Position numbers and translations under genes: made by a program | In this document: positions 63,262 to 64,000 of the stretch, piece by piece | Numbering within the stretch: position 1 is the stretch's first letter | Layout of the letters: each line of letters begins with the position of its first letter | The notes under the pieces: model-generated | What the model saw: the letters and a program-made list of their open reading frames with translations, nothing else | What the model was told of the DNA's origin: nothing | Databases searched by the model: none | Assembly: GCA_973895155.1 (NCBI GenBank) | Contig: OZ316897.1 | Location: forward strand, 372,001 to 436,000 | Source: Marsupella aquatica | Taxonomy: Eukaryota; Plantae; Marchantiophyta | Length of the DNA: 64,000 nt | Reading direction: 5' to 3'

Positions 63262-64000
63262 GTTCCTGGTCTTTGCGCTCCTGTTTCCGTTAGAGACTCG
63301 GACGAGGGTGGGGATTTAGGGGTTGTGGTCGCTTGGGGTTGGCATCAGGGTGAATACTCGAGTGGAATATGTACAGTAGACCTTAGCCGTGGGGGTGATA
63401 GGAGCTGTTGACGACCTGATGGAATGCGAGCTCGTTATACGGATCGGGGATCTGCATTTGTAATTTGATTACAGTATTGATCATCTCCATTTTGTCGTGA
63501 GAATCGATCATCTATCCGAAAAGTCTGGTACAGTTTTGCTGAATCACGATCTTCTACTCGGATGGCCCTTTTCCCAGAATCAGTTGTCCGGAAGTGGGTC
63601 CACCTTCTATCAGACACTGTAGTGGGAACACTCCTGAGATTAGTATGGAGGTTCAGGCTACTGTAGATCTAGTGTAGATTAGTCACGAAGGTGTCATCGT
63701 TTGTAATGTCGAGGTTCACCTCAAGTTTTGTCATGCTGAAGTATCTCATGTTAGAAAAGTTCTTTGACTTCCAGTATGCAATTCACTAAATTGACCTCAT
63801 GCTGAGTTCTTGAAATCAGCTCCATGAATTCCGTCATGTGCAAACAAACAAATATGAACCTTTCGAACATTTGGAGTGAAGACTAGAAATGATTTCTGAG
63901 CTTGTCTCTTCGAATTATATACCATTGCATTTATTCAAGATGTAGGAGAAAATCAGATCAAGCCTGCCCGAATTTTGTTCTTGCAGTTTCTTGTTCACTA

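Overview
This is eukaryotic land-plant nuclear DNA, with GT-AG introns, plastid and secretory targeting peptides and plant transposon families. The gene and TE style suggests a bryophyte, possibly a liverwort (inference). Host genes are a 3-exon plastid-targeted LEA-like gene with an ABRE/RY promoter, a 5-exon frataxin pseudogene, an 8-exon coiled-coil protein gene, an intronless RING E3 gene, a multi-exon GH35 beta-galactosidase and an intronless fungal-type PEBP (YbhB/YbcL) gene that is a horizontal-transfer candidate. Mobile DNA includes a 5'-truncated CRE-type (RT+RLE) retrotransposon, a decayed L1 LINE, a decayed hAT with nested MITEs, G-rich repeats next to CCCGG-type ends, and a complete 10.15-kb CACTA element (35245-45395, 12-bp TIRs, ATC TSD). 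The standout is that this CACTA carries an intact SET-domain (lysine methyltransferase-like) exon inside its transposase transcription unit. The splice phases would let one Zn-finger exon join either the SET exon or the transposase exon. The element also has a divergent TnpA-like gene and internal arrays of its TCCGA motif, making it a candidate transposon-encoded chromatin-modifying or anti-silencing system. All family calls come from motif recognition by eye; no searches were run.
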